From the NCBI GenBank assembly GCA_902624765.1, contig CACNYO010000001.1:95645-159644 (forward strand): a DNA stretch of 64,000 nt. Direction: 5' to 3'. The position numbers and the translations under genes are program-made. This stretch comes from an uncultured SAR86 cluster bacterium. Its GTDB lineage: Bacteria; Pseudomonadota; Gammaproteobacteria; Magnimaribacterales; AG-339-G14. Below the pieces are notes generated by a model, which saw only the letters and a list, made by a program, of their open reading frames with translations, did not search any database and was not told where the DNA came from. Every line of letters begins with the position of its first letter. The stretch's first letter is position 1. Of the stretch, positions 43,213-54,195 are shown in pieces.

Positions 43213-44658
43213 ATGTCTTCAAACGTAGATCAAAATGTACGTCCTGATTTTGATGAATTAATTCAAAAGATTTCAGACTACTCCCAAAGCGATAATCAAT
43301 TTAATGACCTTGCCATGGAAACGGCAAGGTATTGCTTAATGGATACTTTGGGATGTGGTCTATTAGCTCTTACTTTTGATGACTGCAAAAAGATGCTTGG
43401 TCCTTTTGCAGATGATGTAAAAGTTAAAAATGGCGTAAGAGTTCCCGGAACAAACTTCGTCCTTGATCCCGTTAAAGGTGCTTGGGATATAGGAGCAATT
43501 ATAAGATGGTTGGATTTTAATGACACATGGTTGGCTGCTGAATGGGGACATCCATCAGATAATTTAGGCGGCATTTTGGCTGCTGCTGATTACATCTCTC
43601 AGCAAAATAGAGAAAATAATAAAGAACCTTTAAAGATGAAGGCAGTATTGGAAAGCATGATCAAGGCCCATGAAATTCAAGGAGTTTTAGCAATAAAAAA
43701 TAGCTTTAACCGAGTAGGCTTAGATCATGTTCTTCTCGTTAAACTTGCATCGACATCTGTCATAGCAAAATTATTTGGACTCTCGAAAGAGCAATCTTTA
43801 GATGCTATTTCACAAGTTTTCGTTGATGGTCAAAGTTTAAGAACTTATCGACATGCACCTAACGCTGGTCCAAGGAAATCTTGGGCTGCTGGAGATGCTA
43901 CCAGTAGAGCAATGCAGCTAGTTTTATTTACTTTAAGAGGTCAAATTGGTTATCCGAGCGCAATAACTGCAAAAACATGGGGCTTTCAGGATGTCTTATT
44001 TAAAGGTAAAGATTTGATTGTCGAACAAGACTTTAATTCTTATGTGATGGAAAATATTTTATTTAAAATATCTTTCCCAGCTGAATTTCATGCCCAAACT
44101 GCAGTTGAAGCAGCCGTGAGACTTCATCCGGAAATTAAAGACAGATTGGATGAAATTCAGCAAATTAAAATCACAACTCATGAGTCAGCAATCAGGATTA
44201 TCAGTAAAGAGGGTGAATTGAATAATCCAGCCGATAGAGATCATTGCCTCCAATATATGACTGCCATTGGATTGTTGAAGGGAGATCTAGTTGCTGAGGA
44301 TTATGAAGATGATGTTGCAAGCGATCCTAGAATTGATGAGTTGAGACAGAAAATGCTGATTGAAGAGGATAAAAGATACTCAGCTGAGTATCATGAACCC
44401 GATAAAAGATCTATTTCTAATGCATTGCAAATCATTTTTAAAGACGGAAGTTCAACAGAAAAGATTGAGGTTGAATATCCAATTGGTCATAAATTCAGGC
44501 GAGAAGAGGGTATTCCAATTCTCTTAGAAAAATTCAAAAGAAACCTACTTACTCAGTTTGATGAAGAAAAAACAAATCAGATTTTTGAGTTATGTCAGGA
44601 TAAAGACAAGCTTCTGGATACTCCTGTAGACGAATTCATGGGGATGTTGGCTAAATAA
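43213..44658 (+). CDS. prpD: 2-methylcitrate dehydratase
   Basis: MmgE/PrpD family, 481 aa, in the prpB-prpC-prpD context. Confidence 0.9.
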   Translation: MSSNVDQNVRPDFDELIQKISDYSQSDNQFNDLAMETARYCLMDTLGCGLLALTFDDCKKMLGPFADDVKVKNGVRVPGTNFVLDPVKGAWDIGAIIRWLDFNDTWLAAEWGHPSDNLGGILAAADYISQQNRENNKEPLKMKAVLESMIKAHEIQGVLAIKNSFNRVGLDHVLLVKLASTSVIAKLFGLSKEQSLDAISQVFVDGQSLRTYRHAPNAGPRKSWAAGDATSRAMQLVLFTLRGQIGYPSAITAKTWGFQDVLFKGKDLIVEQDFNSYVMENILFKISFPAEFHAQTAVEAAVRLHPEIKDRLDEIQQIKITTHESAIRIISKEGELNNPADRDHCLQYMTAIGLLKGDLVAEDYEDDVASDPRIDELRQKMLIEEDKRYSAEYHEPDKRSISNALQIIFKDGSSTEKIEVEYPIGHKFRREEGIPILLEKFKRNLLTQFDEEKTNQIFELCQDKDKLLDTPVDEFMGMLAK

Positions 44659-45310
44659 TTCTTTCGCAATCAATCTCTAAATATTTGCAAAGTTCTTTAA
44701 TTGATTCAATATGATCAACAACCTTTATGGTAGTCATCCCTAAAGCTTTTGCTGGTTTGAGATTAATTCCCAGATCGTCAAGAAAAATTACCTCTGCAGG
44801 GTCACAACCCGTCATGGTAAGAGCAATTTCATAAAATTTATCTTCTGGTTTTCTGACTCCAACTTCTCTTGATTCAATGATGTAATCAAAAAGTCCAAGG
44901 ATCTTCTGCCTCTCTTGATTGTTATTATCTAGGGCTGACTTATCTTCGTTTGCATTAAAATTATTAGTCAAACAAGCCAACAAAAACGACTCTTCCTTAA
45001 GTACTTCAAGCATGTTTACCATTTCAGGAACAACACTTCCTTGCAACAGCTCAAGAATTTTGGATCCCTCAATCTTAAAGCCTAGATTCTCACTTTCTAA
45101 GGCGAATAATTTATCAAAATCTTCCAAAGATATTTTTGAGGACTCTAGTTTTGCCCATGCATTTTCGTAAGGATTTGTTGAATTGACCTTCCTGATAAAA
45201 TCTTTTGGCAAATTATTTTCTTTCTCAAAGCTAGAAAAAGCTTGGAAAGGACTTGAAGTTATTACTCCACCAAAATCCCAAAATACAGCCTTAAATTTTT
45301 TGTCTATCAT
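44651..45310 (-). CDS. HAD-superfamily hydrolase (epoxide-hydrolase N-terminal-domain-like phosphatase)
   Basis: HAD motif I at FWDFGGVIT and motif IV-like FLDDLGINL. The ATG at 45310 (MIDKKFKAVF...) is preferred over the TTG-extended ORF reaching 45361. Confidence 0.75.
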   Translation of the reverse strand: MIDKKFKAVFWDFGGVITSSPFQAFSSFEKENNLPKDFIRKVNSTNPYENAWAKLESSKISLEDFDKLFALESENLGFKIEGSKILELLQGSVVPEMVNMLEVLKEESFLLACLTNNFNANEDKSALDNNNQERQKILGLFDYIIESREVGVRKPEDKFYEIALTMTGCDPAEVIFLDDLGINLKPAKALGMTTIKVVDHIESIKELCKYLEIDCERII

Positions 45311-45334
45311 TTCTGTTTTTAAAGGGTATAAGCG

Positions 45335-45340
45335 TATAAT
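45335..45340 (+). promoter_or_regulatory. candidate -10 hexamer for aroC and the downstream gene string
   Basis: Perfect TATAAT 20 nt upstream of the aroC ATG in a 50-bp divergent spacer. No convincing -35 element. Confidence 0.3.
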
Positions 45341-45360
45341 CGTGCAGTTTATTTTAAGCA

Positions 45361-46458
45361 ATGAGTGGAAATAGTATAGGTAAATCTTTCACCATAACTA
45401 CTTTTGGTGAAAGTCATGGAAAAGCACTGGGGTGCATCATAGATGGATGCCCTCCAGGGATTACTATTTCTGAACAAGATATTCAAGTTGAACTAGATAA
45501 AAGAAGGCCAGGCTCGAATGCATTTACAACGCAAAGAAGTGAAAAAGACAAGGTTCAAATACTCTCAGGTATTTTTGAAGGGAAAACTACAGGCACCCCT
45601 ATTGGAATGATTATTTTCAATGAGGATCAGAAAAGTGAAGACTACGATAATTTGAAAGATGTTTTTCGTCCATCTCATGCTGACTACACTTATTTAAAGA
45701 AATATGGATTGAGGGATCACCGAGGAAGCGGTAGAGCTTCTGCAAGAGAAACCGTGATGAGAGTTGCTGCTGGAGCCATTGCAAAAAAATATTTGAAAGA
45801 TCATCTAGCAGTTGAAATAACTGGTTATGTTGAACAAGTAGGAGAAATAATTGCAGATCAAATTGATCTTAAAGAGATCAATAACAATGCTTTCTTTTTT
45901 CCTGACGTAACAAAATTGAAATCTTTAGAAGATCTTATTAGCTCTTTGAGAGAAGCAGGAGATTCTGTCGGTGCAAAAATAAAAATTAATGTGAATAACG
46001 TTCCAGCAGGTTTGGGAGAACCTGTATTTGATAAGTTGGATGCTGATTTAGCTCATGGTTTGATGAGTATTAATGCAGTTAAAGGAGTTGAATTAGGGCT
46101 AGGATTTGATGTTGTTTCAAAAAAAGGAAGCGAACATAGAGATGAGATAGATCGAGATGGATTTGCTTCTAACAATGCAGGCGGAATTTTGGGTGGTATT
46201 TCTTCAGGCCAGCCGATAGATATTGCAATTGCTTTAAAACCTACATCGAGTATCAGGACAGAAGGTAAAACTGTCGATAAATCTGGAAAAGAAACAACTG
46301 TTCAATCAATTGGTCGTCACGACCCATGTGTTGGCCTGAGAGCTGTCCCAATAGCTGAGTCCATGGTTGCAATAATTTTATTGGATCATTATCTGAGAAA
46401 TCGCGCTCAAAATAATGATGTAGAAAACTCATCTTATACGATTCCTACAAGTGAATAA
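45361..46458 (+). CDS. aroC: chorismate synthase
   Basis: [20 protein letters not shown], 365 aa. Confidence 0.95.
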   Translation: MSGNSIGKSFTITTFGESHGKALGCIIDGCPPGITISEQDIQVELDKRRPGSNAFTTQRSEKDKVQILSGIFEGKTTGTPIGMIIFNEDQKSEDYDNLKDVFRPSHADYTYLKKYGLRDHRGSGRASARETVMRVAAGAIAKKYLKDHLAVEITGYVEQVGEIIADQIDLKEINNNAFFFPDVTKLKSLEDLISSLREAGDSVGAKIKINVNNVPAGLGEPVFDKLDADLAHGLMSINAVKGVELGLGFDVVSKKGSEHRDEIDRDGFASNNAGGILGGISSGQPIDIAIALKPTSSIRTEGKTVDKSGKETTVQSIGRHDPCVGLRAVPIAESMVAIILLDHYLRNRAQNNDVENSSYTIPTSE

Positions 46459-47869
46459 TCCTAATCCTAAAACCTTATACGATAAGTTGTGGGATACTCA
46501 TTTTGTCGGTAGTAGATCTGATAACGGTGATTTGCTCTACATTGATCTTCACATGGTTCATGAAGTTACTTCGCCGCAAGCGTTTGAAGGGTTGAAGATT
46601 AAAGGCATTGGTCCAAGAAGAGTAGATTCTATTGTTGCGACAGTTGATCACAATGTGCCCACAACAGATAGATCTCAAGGATTAGGAGGAATAAAAGATA
46701 CCATTAGCAGAGATCAAATTCAGGCACTGCAGATCAATTGTCATGATTTTGGTATAGATTTAATCGACCTAAATGATTTGAATCAAGGGATTGTTCATGT
46801 GGTCGGCCCAGAGCAAGGTTTTACGCAACCAGGCATGACAATAGTTTGTGGTGATTCACATACTTCAACTCATGGTGCATTTGGATGTCTTGCAATGGGA
46901 ATCGGAACAAGCGAAGTTGAACATGTTCTTGCAACACAATGCTTAGTCATGAACAAACAAAAAAACATGAGAATCTCTATCAATGGGCCTTTGAAAAAAA
47001 ATGTTTTTGCTAAAGATTTAACAATGTTTTTAATTGGAAAGATTGGTACAGCAGGAGGAACAGGTCACGTTATTGAATATGATGGATCTGCAATAGAGAG
47101 TCTCTCTATGGAAGGACGCATGACAGTTTGTAATATGGCTATAGAAGCAGGTGCAAGAGCTGGGATGATCGCTCCAGATCAAAAAACATTTGATTATCTC
47201 AAAAGTAAGCCTCATTCCCCGAAAGGCGATGAATATGAAACAGCTCTTAAATACTGGAAAACATTTCATTCTGATGAAAACTCCAATTTTGATACTGTTC
47301 ATAATTTTTTTGCTGAAGAAATTGAACCGCAAGTTACTTGGGGAACTTCACCTGAGATGGTGATAGGTGTAAATGATCGAATACCATTAAAGGAGGATTA
47401 CATCTCACAAACTGAAAGAAATAACTTTGAGGCAGCTTTAGACTACATGGGCTTAAGTGCCGGAGACTCTCTAGAGAATTACTCTCTCGATCAAATTTTC
47501 ATAGGCTCATGTACTAATTCAAGAATTGAAGATTTAAGGAAAGCAGCAGAAATTTTAGATGGCAATGTGATTTCTAAGAAGATAAAAAGAGCTATGATTG
47601 TTCCAGGCTCAGGATTAGTTAAAAAACAGGCCGAAGAAGAAGGTCTGCATGAAATTTTTATTTCTAGTGGATTTGAGTGGAGGGAGCCTGGATGTTCTAT
47701 GTGTCTAGGAATGAATCCAGATCAATTAGGAGAAAAAGAAAGATGTGCTTCTACTTCTAATAGAAATTTTGAGGGCAGGCAGGGTCACTTAGGTAGAACT
47801 CATCTTGTAAGCCCAGCTATGGCAGCAGCTGCAGCTTTAGCTGGAAATTTTATTGATATCTCGTCATGA
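46451..47869 (+). CDS. leuC: 3-isopropylmalate dehydratase large subunit
   Basis: [12 protein letters not shown]-terminus, aconitase-family Cys ligands ([21 protein letters not shown]). GTG start overlapping aroC by 8 nt. Confidence 0.95.
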   Translation: MNNPNPKTLYDKLWDTHFVGSRSDNGDLLYIDLHMVHEVTSPQAFEGLKIKGIGPRRVDSIVATVDHNVPTTDRSQGLGGIKDTISRDQIQALQINCHDFGIDLIDLNDLNQGIVHVVGPEQGFTQPGMTIVCGDSHTSTHGAFGCLAMGIGTSEVEHVLATQCLVMNKQKNMRISINGPLKKNVFAKDLTMFLIGKIGTAGGTGHVIEYDGSAIESLSMEGRMTVCNMAIEAGARAGMIAPDQKTFDYLKSKPHSPKGDEYETALKYWKTFHSDENSNFDTVHNFFAEEIEPQVTWGTSPEMVIGVNDRIPLKEDYISQTERNNFEAALDYMGLSAGDSLENYSLDQIFIGSCTNSRIEDLRKAAEILDGNVISKKIKRAMIVPGSGLVKKQAEEEGLHEIFISSGFEWREPGCSMCLGMNPDQLGEKERCASTSNRNFEGRQGHLGRTHLVSPAMAAAAALAGNFIDISS

Positions 47870-48507
47870 ATAAATCTATTTCAAATATTTTTTCTGGAGA
47901 GGCAGTGTTCTTAGATAAAGCCAATGTGGATACAGATCAAATAATCCCTAAGCAATTTTTAAAATCTATAAAGCGAACTGGGTTTGGTCCAAATTTATTC
48001 GATGCATGGAGATATCTTGATAAAGGTGATTTGAATTCAGATAACTCAAAAAGAAAATTAAATCCTGATTTCATTCTTAATCATGATCTTTACAAATCCT
48101 GCAATATTTTAATAACCAGAGAAAATTTTGGTTGCGGATCAAGTAGGGAACATGCTGTTTGGGCTTTAACTGATTACGGCTTTACAACTATCATTGCTCC
48201 ATCTTTTGCTGATATTTTTAAAAATAATTCCTATAAGAATGGTCTCTTACTCATTGAAATAGATAAAGAAAAAATTGATGAAATATTTACACAAATAACT
48301 GAAAAAAAAATAATTAACATTGAGGTAGATGTTCATAATCAATTTATTTACCTAGAGGAAAAGCAAATCCCGTTTGAATTGGATGATTTTAAGAAAAAGT
48401 TTCTTTTAGATGGAATTGATGAAGTAGGTTTTACACTCCAACATCAGAATAAAATAGAGGATTTTGAGAAAAACTATAAAAAAACTGTACCTTGGTTGTT
48501 TAAATGA
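47866..48507 (+). CDS. leuD: 3-isopropylmalate dehydratase small subunit
   Basis: [14 protein letters not shown] and [11 protein letters not shown] motifs. Confidence 0.95.
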   Translation: MNKSISNIFSGEAVFLDKANVDTDQIIPKQFLKSIKRTGFGPNLFDAWRYLDKGDLNSDNSKRKLNPDFILNHDLYKSCNILITRENFGCGSSREHAVWALTDYGFTTIIAPSFADIFKNNSYKNGLLLIEIDKEKIDEIFTQITEKKIINIEVDVHNQFIYLEEKQIPFELDDFKKKFLLDGIDEVGFTLQHQNKIEDFEKNYKKTVPWLFK

Positions 48508-49565
48508 AAGAAATTGATTTACTTCTTTTAAGCGGTGATGGCGTAGGTCCAGAAGTAATGGAAAGTGCGATTTCTTTGCTTGAAAAAATCCAATCAAGTT
48601 TCAAGATTAACTTCAATTTGATCGAAGGTCTTATCGGTGGAGCTTCAATTGATGCTCATGGACTACCAGTATCAGATGAAACTTTGAATCAAGCATCTCA
48701 AGCAGACTCAATCTTATTTGGTGCAGTAGGAGGTCCTAAATGGGATTCACTTCCTCCTAATGAAAAACCTGAAAAAGGGTTGTTAGAACTAAGATCTTCA
48801 TTAGGCCTGTTTGCAAATCTAAGGCCTGCAATTTTATTTGATAGTTCCTTGGAAGCATCATCCTTAAAGCCCGGTATCATAAAAGATCTTGATATGCTTA
48901 TCGTAAGAGAGCTCACAGGTGGTATATATTTTGGTGAGCCTAGAGAAAAAAAATCATCTTCTGCTTTTAATACAATGATTTATGAAAGGCATGAAGTTGA
49001 AAGAATTGCCAGAGTTGCTTTTGATTCTGCATCCTTAAGAAATAAAAAAGTTTGTTCAGTTGATAAATCAAACGTTCTTGAAGTGTCTGAATTTTGGAGG
49101 GAAGTTGTAATAGATGTGTCAAAAGATTATCCAGATATAGAACTAAGTCATATGCTTGTCGACAACGCTGCCATGCAGCTTGTGAAAAACCCTAAACAAT
49201 TTGATGTCATTCTTTCAAGCAACTTATTTGGGGATATCCTCTCTGATATTTCTGCAATGCTTACTGGATCTATCGGAATGCTTCCTTCTGCTTCCTTGGA
49301 TAACAGAAATAAAGGGCTGTATGAACCAGTTCATGGCAGTGCTCCTGATATCGCAGGACAAGGAACAGTAAACCCAATCGCAATGATTCTGTCAGTTGGG
49401 ATGATGTTTAGGTATTCACTTAATCAATTAGAGATATCAGAAAAGATTAAAAGCGCAGTCTCAAAAACTCTTGATGATGGATACGCTACTAAAGATATTG
49501 CTGATAAGAATAGTAAAATTTGTTCAACTAAAGAATTAACAAAAATAATTATCGATCATGTCTAA
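48504..49565 (+). CDS. leuB: 3-isopropylmalate dehydrogenase
   Basis: LSGDGVGPEV, NLFGDILSD, GLYEPVHGSAPDIAG. Confidence 0.95.
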   Translation: MKEIDLLLLSGDGVGPEVMESAISLLEKIQSSFKINFNLIEGLIGGASIDAHGLPVSDETLNQASQADSILFGAVGGPKWDSLPPNEKPEKGLLELRSSLGLFANLRPAILFDSSLEASSLKPGIIKDLDMLIVRELTGGIYFGEPREKKSSSAFNTMIYERHEVERIARVAFDSASLRNKKVCSVDKSNVLEVSEFWREVVIDVSKDYPDIELSHMLVDNAAMQLVKNPKQFDVILSSNLFGDILSDISAMLTGSIGMLPSASLDNRNKGLYEPVHGSAPDIAGQGTVNPIAMILSVGMMFRYSLNQLEISEKIKSAVSKTLDDGYATKDIADKNSKICSTKELTKIIIDHV

Positions 49566-50769
49566 TATTAAGTTAGCAATAGTAGGCGCCACAGGTGCGG
49601 TTGGGCGAGAATTTTTGAGAATTCTTGCAGAACAGCAGTTTCCCGCTGAAAATCTTTTTTTGGTTGCTTCATCTAAATCTGCAGGTAAGGCAATTAAATA
49701 TTTTGAAAAAATTATAGAAATTGAAGATCTTCAACTTTTCGATTTTAGTAAAGCTAGCGTTGCATTTTTTTCAGCTGGATCATCAGTTGCTGAATCTCAC
49801 GCATCTCAAGCTATCGAGAAAGGTTGCACTGTCATAGATAATTCATCTTTTTTTAGAAACAGAGACGATCTTGAACTCATTGTTCCTGAAGTAAATGGAT
49901 CTAGATTGGAGGATCTTAATTTGCCTGCAATAATTGCTAATCCAAATTGTTCCACTGCTCAAATGGTAGTTGCTCTAAAGCCTTTTCATGATCTGTTTAA
50001 TATAAAAAGAGTAGACGTTGCTACTTATCAATCAGTATCAGGAACAGGACAATCAGCCTCAGAAGAACTAAAAGAACAATCTCGAAAAATTCTCGATGGT
50101 GAAGAACATTCTAATAATGTTTACCCAGTGCAAATAGCTTTCAATGCATTGCCTCTTGCTGGCGACATCTTAGAAAATAATTATTCAGAAGAAGAAATGA
50201 AACTTACGACTGAGACAAAGAAGATATTTTCTGATGACATTGAGGTATCAGCAACATGCGTAAGAGTTCCAGTTCAAAGAGGTCATGGAGAGGTCATACA
50301 CTTGGAAACAGAAAAAGAAATTAATTTAGAAGAAGTTAAAGATTCAATTAATAATCAGAATGGACTCATACTATGTGATTCTGATGAAGATTTTTTCCCA
50401 ACCCCAGTTACTCATGCTGAAAAATCTAATGAAGTATTTATAGGTAGATTAAGAAAGGATTTATGGAAGGACAATAGGGCTAATTTTTGGATTGTCTCTG
50501 ATAATTTAAGAAAAGGAGCAGCTTGGAATAGTTACCAAATTCTTTCTTTACTCATTAAAAATAAGTCGCATGAATTGCTCAATGATGAATATGCAGAAGT
50601 TGGTGATCCTATTGATGCAAGATTAAATTTAGCTGTTAGTTATATCGAAATGGGAAAAGCATACGATGCAAAAGCTATCATTTATGAGGTTTTTGATTTA
50701 AGTCCTAATTTTGAACAAAAAAATAAAGCCGATACTCTTCTTCAAAAGATAAATGATCAAGGAAGTTAA
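49558..50769 (+). CDS. asd: aspartate-semialdehyde dehydrogenase with a ~65-aa C-terminal extension carrying a FimV C-terminal-type motif
   Basis: VGATGAVG, the active-site Cys in IANPNCSTAQ (which distinguishes it from USG-1), RVPVQRGHG, and DNLRKGAAWNSYQI near the normal C-terminus (~aa 335). The ORF then continues in frame: ...DPIDARLNLAVSYIEMGKAYDAKAIIYEVFDLSPNFEQKNKADTLLQKIN. Confidence 0.9.
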   Translation: MSNIKLAIVGATGAVGREFLRILAEQQFPAENLFLVASSKSAGKAIKYFEKIIEIEDLQLFDFSKASVAFFSAGSSVAESHASQAIEKGCTVIDNSSFFRNRDDLELIVPEVNGSRLEDLNLPAIIANPNCSTAQMVVALKPFHDLFNIKRVDVATYQSVSGTGQSASEELKEQSRKILDGEEHSNNVYPVQIAFNALPLAGDILENNYSEEEMKLTTETKKIFSDDIEVSATCVRVPVQRGHGEVIHLETEKEINLEEVKDSINNQNGLILCDSDEDFFPTPVTHAEKSNEVFIGRLRKDLWKDNRANFWIVSDNLRKGAAWNSYQILSLLIKNKSHELLNDEYAEVGDPIDARLNLAVSYIEMGKAYDAKAIIYEVFDLSPNFEQKNKADTLLQKINDQGS

Positions 50770-51556
50770 GAAGTACGCGCTTGGGTTAGAGTACATAGGT
50801 ACAAATTTAAAAGGCTGGCAAAGACAAAAAAAGGGTCAAATAACCGTTCAAGATATCGTTGAAAAATCACTATCAAAATTTCTTGATCAGAAAATATTAA
50901 CAATTTGCTCAGGGAGAACTGATTCCGGTGTCCATGCATTGAATCAAACTGTGCATTTTGAGACAAGCAAAAGTAGAACTAATGAATCTTTCCTCAAGGG
51001 GCTTAATTCTTTAATGGGGACTCAAGTTAAAGCAATTTGGATAAAAAAAGTTGATAAAGATTTTAGTGCAAGATTTTCAGCTATTAAAAGAAGATATAGG
51101 TACGTCATTGAAGAAAGATCATCTGGTTCCGTTTTTTCGAGTAATTATTCTTTATCTGTTCAAAAGAGAATTAATGTTAGTAAGTTAAAAAAAGCTTCTA
51201 AATTTTTAATCGGAGAAAATAATTTTAGTTCATTTCGTTCATCTTCATGTCAATCTCAAAGTCCTTTTAGAAATATTGAATCAATTAAAATTTTAAGGAA
51301 GGGAGAATTTATTTTTTTTGATATTACTGGGAATGCATTTTTACATAATATGATAAGAATTATTATGGGTACCCTTATTATGATATCCGATGATAATTTA
51401 AATCCAGATATTATGAAAGAAATCCTAGCTGCTAAAGACAGAAACTTAGCAGGTAAAACAATTTCGTCTAAAGGATTATTTTATTTTGGACCCGAATATC
51501 CTAAAGAAATGAAAATACCTTGTATCAATTTTGAACATAGTTCATTTATATTTTGA
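50753..51556 (+). CDS. truA: tRNA pseudouridine(38-40) synthase
   Basis: LEYIGTNLKGWQRQ and the catalytic GRTDSGVHA. Confidence 0.93.
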   Translation: MIKEVKKYALGLEYIGTNLKGWQRQKKGQITVQDIVEKSLSKFLDQKILTICSGRTDSGVHALNQTVHFETSKSRTNESFLKGLNSLMGTQVKAIWIKKVDKDFSARFSAIKRRYRYVIEERSSGSVFSSNYSLSVQKRINVSKLKKASKFLIGENNFSSFRSSSCQSQSPFRNIESIKILRKGEFIFFDITGNAFLHNMIRIIMGTLIMISDDNLNPDIMKEILAAKDRNLAGKTISSKGLFYFGPEYPKEMKIPCINFEHSSFIF

Positions 51557-51560
51557 AAAC

Positions 51561-52184
51561 ATGAGCATCTATACAAAAATTTGCGGAATAAATGACACAG
51601 AATCCGGGTTGCTTTGTTCAAATTTAGGAGCCGATGCGCTAGGGTTTATTAGATATGAAAAGTCACCCAGGTTTGTTGAATTGGATGTCCCACTTAAAAT
51701 TCAGGAAAGATTAGATAAGGAAATAGATATAGTTTTTGTATTTGTTAATCCTAGCGAGAAAGATGTTAAAACGGTTATTGAAAGATTTCCTGATTCAATA
51801 ATTCAATTTCATGGAGAGGAACCGGCTGAGTTTTGTGATTCATTTGATAGAAAATACATTAAAGCATTTCATTCTTATAATTTAAGGTATTGGAAAAAGT
51901 ATATGGATTTGTATCCTAATGCTCATGCCTTTTTAATTGATTCGGGTAACTCAGTTCAAAAGGGTGGAACAGGGATTGCATTTGATTGGAAGCTTATTCC
52001 AAAAACTGAAAAAGAAAAAATAATCGTTGCAGGAGGCATTAATTCTAGTAACGTTTCTGATTTACTAAGCAAAAAACATAATATTTTTGGAATTGATGTA
52101 AATTCTGGACTAGAGTCCAAGGAAGCAATAAAAGATATAAAAAAAATTAAGACTTTTTTTAAGGTTTTGAAAAAAAATGGTTAA
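51561..52184 (+). CDS. trpF: phosphoribosylanthranilate isomerase
   Basis: The ATG at 51561 ([10 protein letters not shown]...) lies 4 nt after the truA stop. The ORF-track start at 51531 overlaps truA. The product is a TIM-barrel PRAI of ~207 aa. Confidence 0.88.
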   Translation: MSIYTKICGINDTESGLLCSNLGADALGFIRYEKSPRFVELDVPLKIQERLDKEIDIVFVFVNPSEKDVKTVIERFPDSIIQFHGEEPAEFCDSFDRKYIKAFHSYNLRYWKKYMDLYPNAHAFLIDSGNSVQKGGTGIAFDWKLIPKTEKEKIIVAGGINSSNVSDLLSKKHNIFGIDVNSGLESKEAIKDIKKIKTFFKVLKKNG

Positions 52185-53388
52185 TAAAACTAACAATTAT
52201 AATTATCCTGACAAAAACGGTCGATTTGGATCATTTGGAGGTAGGTACGTTTCTGAAACCTTAATTTCTGCATTAGAAGAACTAGAATCTTTATATAAAA
52301 AGATTAAAAACGATAAAAAATTTCAAGAAGAGTTAACTAATGACTTACAAACCTTTGTGGGAAGGCCTTCGCCTTTATATTTTGCAAAGAGATGGACCGA
52401 TAAACTTAATGGAGCCAAAGTCTTCCTTAAGAGGGAAGATTTAAATCATACCGGGGCTCACAAAATTAATAATACTGTTGGCCAGGTTCTTTTAGCAAAG
52501 AAAATGGGCAAGAAAAGGATTATTGCAGAGACTGGAGCAGGACAACATGGCGTTGCAACTGCAGCTGTGTGCGCGCGTCATGGACTAGAATGCATAATCT
52601 TTATGGGATCTGAAGATATCGAAAGACAGGCCCAGAATGTCTATAGAATGAAATTAATGGGAGCTGAAGTTTGTCCGGTTTCTTCAGGAACATCGACATT
52701 AAAAGATGCAATGAATGAAGCCATGAGAGATTGGGTTTCCTACATAGACGACACTCATTACATTATTGGAAGTGTAGCTGGCCCTCATCCATATCCTATG
52801 ATTGTTAGGGATTTTAATTCGATTGTTGGAACAGAACTAAAAAAACAATCAAAAATCCTTTTTGGAAAGTATCCAGATAAAATAGTCGCTTGCGTTGGAG
52901 GGGGTTCTAATGCCATGGGAATTTTTTACCCTTTTATTAAGGACAAAGAAGTAGACTTAATTGGAGTCGAGGCTGCAGGATCTGGTTTAAGTTCAGGCAA
53001 GCATGCTGCACCCTTAAGCGATGGATCCCCTGGGGTGCTGCATGGAATGAAAACTTATTTAATGCAAAACTCAGATGGTCAAATTTTGGGAACTCATTCA
53101 GTTTCAGCTGGGCTAGATTATCCTGGGGTAGGTCCTGAACATTCTTTCTTGAAAGATATGGGCAGAGTGCATTATGAAGCAGCTACAGATAAAGAGGCTC
53201 TTAAAGCTTTTCACGATTTAAGTCGAATTGAAGGAATAATGCCGGCGTTAGAGACCTCACATGCCTTAGCCTGGGTATCCAAGAATGCTAAAAAATTAAA
53301 AAAATCAGACATTGTGGTTGTCAATTTATCTGGCAGAGGAGATAAAGATATGCAATCAGTGGCGAAAGCTGATGGAATTAATTTCTGA
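52177..53388 (+). CDS. trpB: tryptophan synthase beta chain
   Basis: PLP site [11 protein letters not shown], plus GGGSNAMG. Confidence 0.96.
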   Translation: MVNKTNNYNYPDKNGRFGSFGGRYVSETLISALEELESLYKKIKNDKKFQEELTNDLQTFVGRPSPLYFAKRWTDKLNGAKVFLKREDLNHTGAHKINNTVGQVLLAKKMGKKRIIAETGAGQHGVATAAVCARHGLECIIFMGSEDIERQAQNVYRMKLMGAEVCPVSSGTSTLKDAMNEAMRDWVSYIDDTHYIIGSVAGPHPYPMIVRDFNSIVGTELKKQSKILFGKYPDKIVACVGGGSNAMGIFYPFIKDKEVDLIGVEAAGSGLSSGKHAAPLSDGSPGVLHGMKTYLMQNSDGQILGTHSVSAGLDYPGVGPEHSFLKDMGRVHYEAATDKEALKAFHDLSRIEGIMPALETSHALAWVSKNAKKLKKSDIVVVNLSGRGDKDMQSVAKADGINF

Positions 53389-53394
53389 TCTAAA

Positions 53395-54195
53395 ATGGGA
53401 AGAATCAAAGACTCTTTTGAAAGGGTAAAAAATCAAGAGTCAAAGACATTAATAACCTACTATGTAGCTGGCGATAATACTTTAAATTTCTCAAAAAAAG
53501 TTTTTCTCAAACTATTATCTTACGCAGATATTATCGAAATAGGAGTTCCTTTTTCGGATCCTATGGCTGAAGGATCTGTAATTCAGCGCTCTCATGAGAG
53601 AGCATTAAGCTCCGATATTTCCTTTAAAAAAATATTATCTTTAGTTAAGGATTTGAGAATCCATAATCAAGATAAGCCCATTGTACTCATGGGTTACATG
53701 AATAATTTTCTTTCTCAAGGAGAGAGTCTTTTCAAAAAAATAAAAAAGGCTGGAGTTGATGGTTTGATAATTGTGGACCTACCCTACGAAGAAAGCGAAT
53801 TTTTTTATAATAAACTTAAAGATATTGATTTGGATTTAATCAGGCTAATTTCTCCCACAACTCCCAAAAAAACAATTGAAAAAATAGTGAAATTTTCTAG
53901 TGGTTTTCTCTATTATGTCTCTTTTAGGGGAGTAACGGGCGCTAAACTTTCAAATTTTAAAGAAGTGCAAGATAAGGTTAAATACATCAAATCAAAAACA
54001 AAAATTCCGGTTGTGGTAGGATTCGGAATAAAAGAAGGTGAGATAGCACAAAAAATGTCAAAAATATCTGATGGTGTAGTTATTGGAAGTAGATTAATAG
54101 ATATTATTCAACAAAATAATTTTAGATTGAATACCTCGCTGAACCTTCTAGAAAAATCTTTAAAGAAATTTAGAAGAGATGTTAGAAAAAGATGA
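53395..54195 (+). CDS. trpA: tryptophan synthase alpha chain
   Basis: IEIGVPFSDPMAEG motif, 266 aa, directly after trpB. Confidence 0.93.
   Translation: MGRIKDSFERVKNQESKTLITYYVAGDNTLNFSKKVFLKLLSYADIIEIGVPFSDPMAEGSVIQRSHERALSSDISFKKILSLVKDLRIHNQDKPIVLMGYMNNFLSQGESLFKKIKKAGVDGLIIVDLPYEESEFFYNKLKDIDLDLIRLISPTTPKKTIEKIVKFSSGFLYYVSFRGVTGAKLSNFKEVQDKVKYIKSKTKIPVVVGFGIKEGEIAQKMSKISDGVVIGSRLIDIIQQNNFRLNTSLNLLEKSLKKFRRDVRKR

Noticed and set aside
46440-46460. Leader peptide/attenuator for leu (upstream of leuC) or for trp (upstream of trpF/trpB, around 51557-51560 and 52177).
   Set aside because: The genes overlap or are 4 nt apart, so there is physically no leader region.
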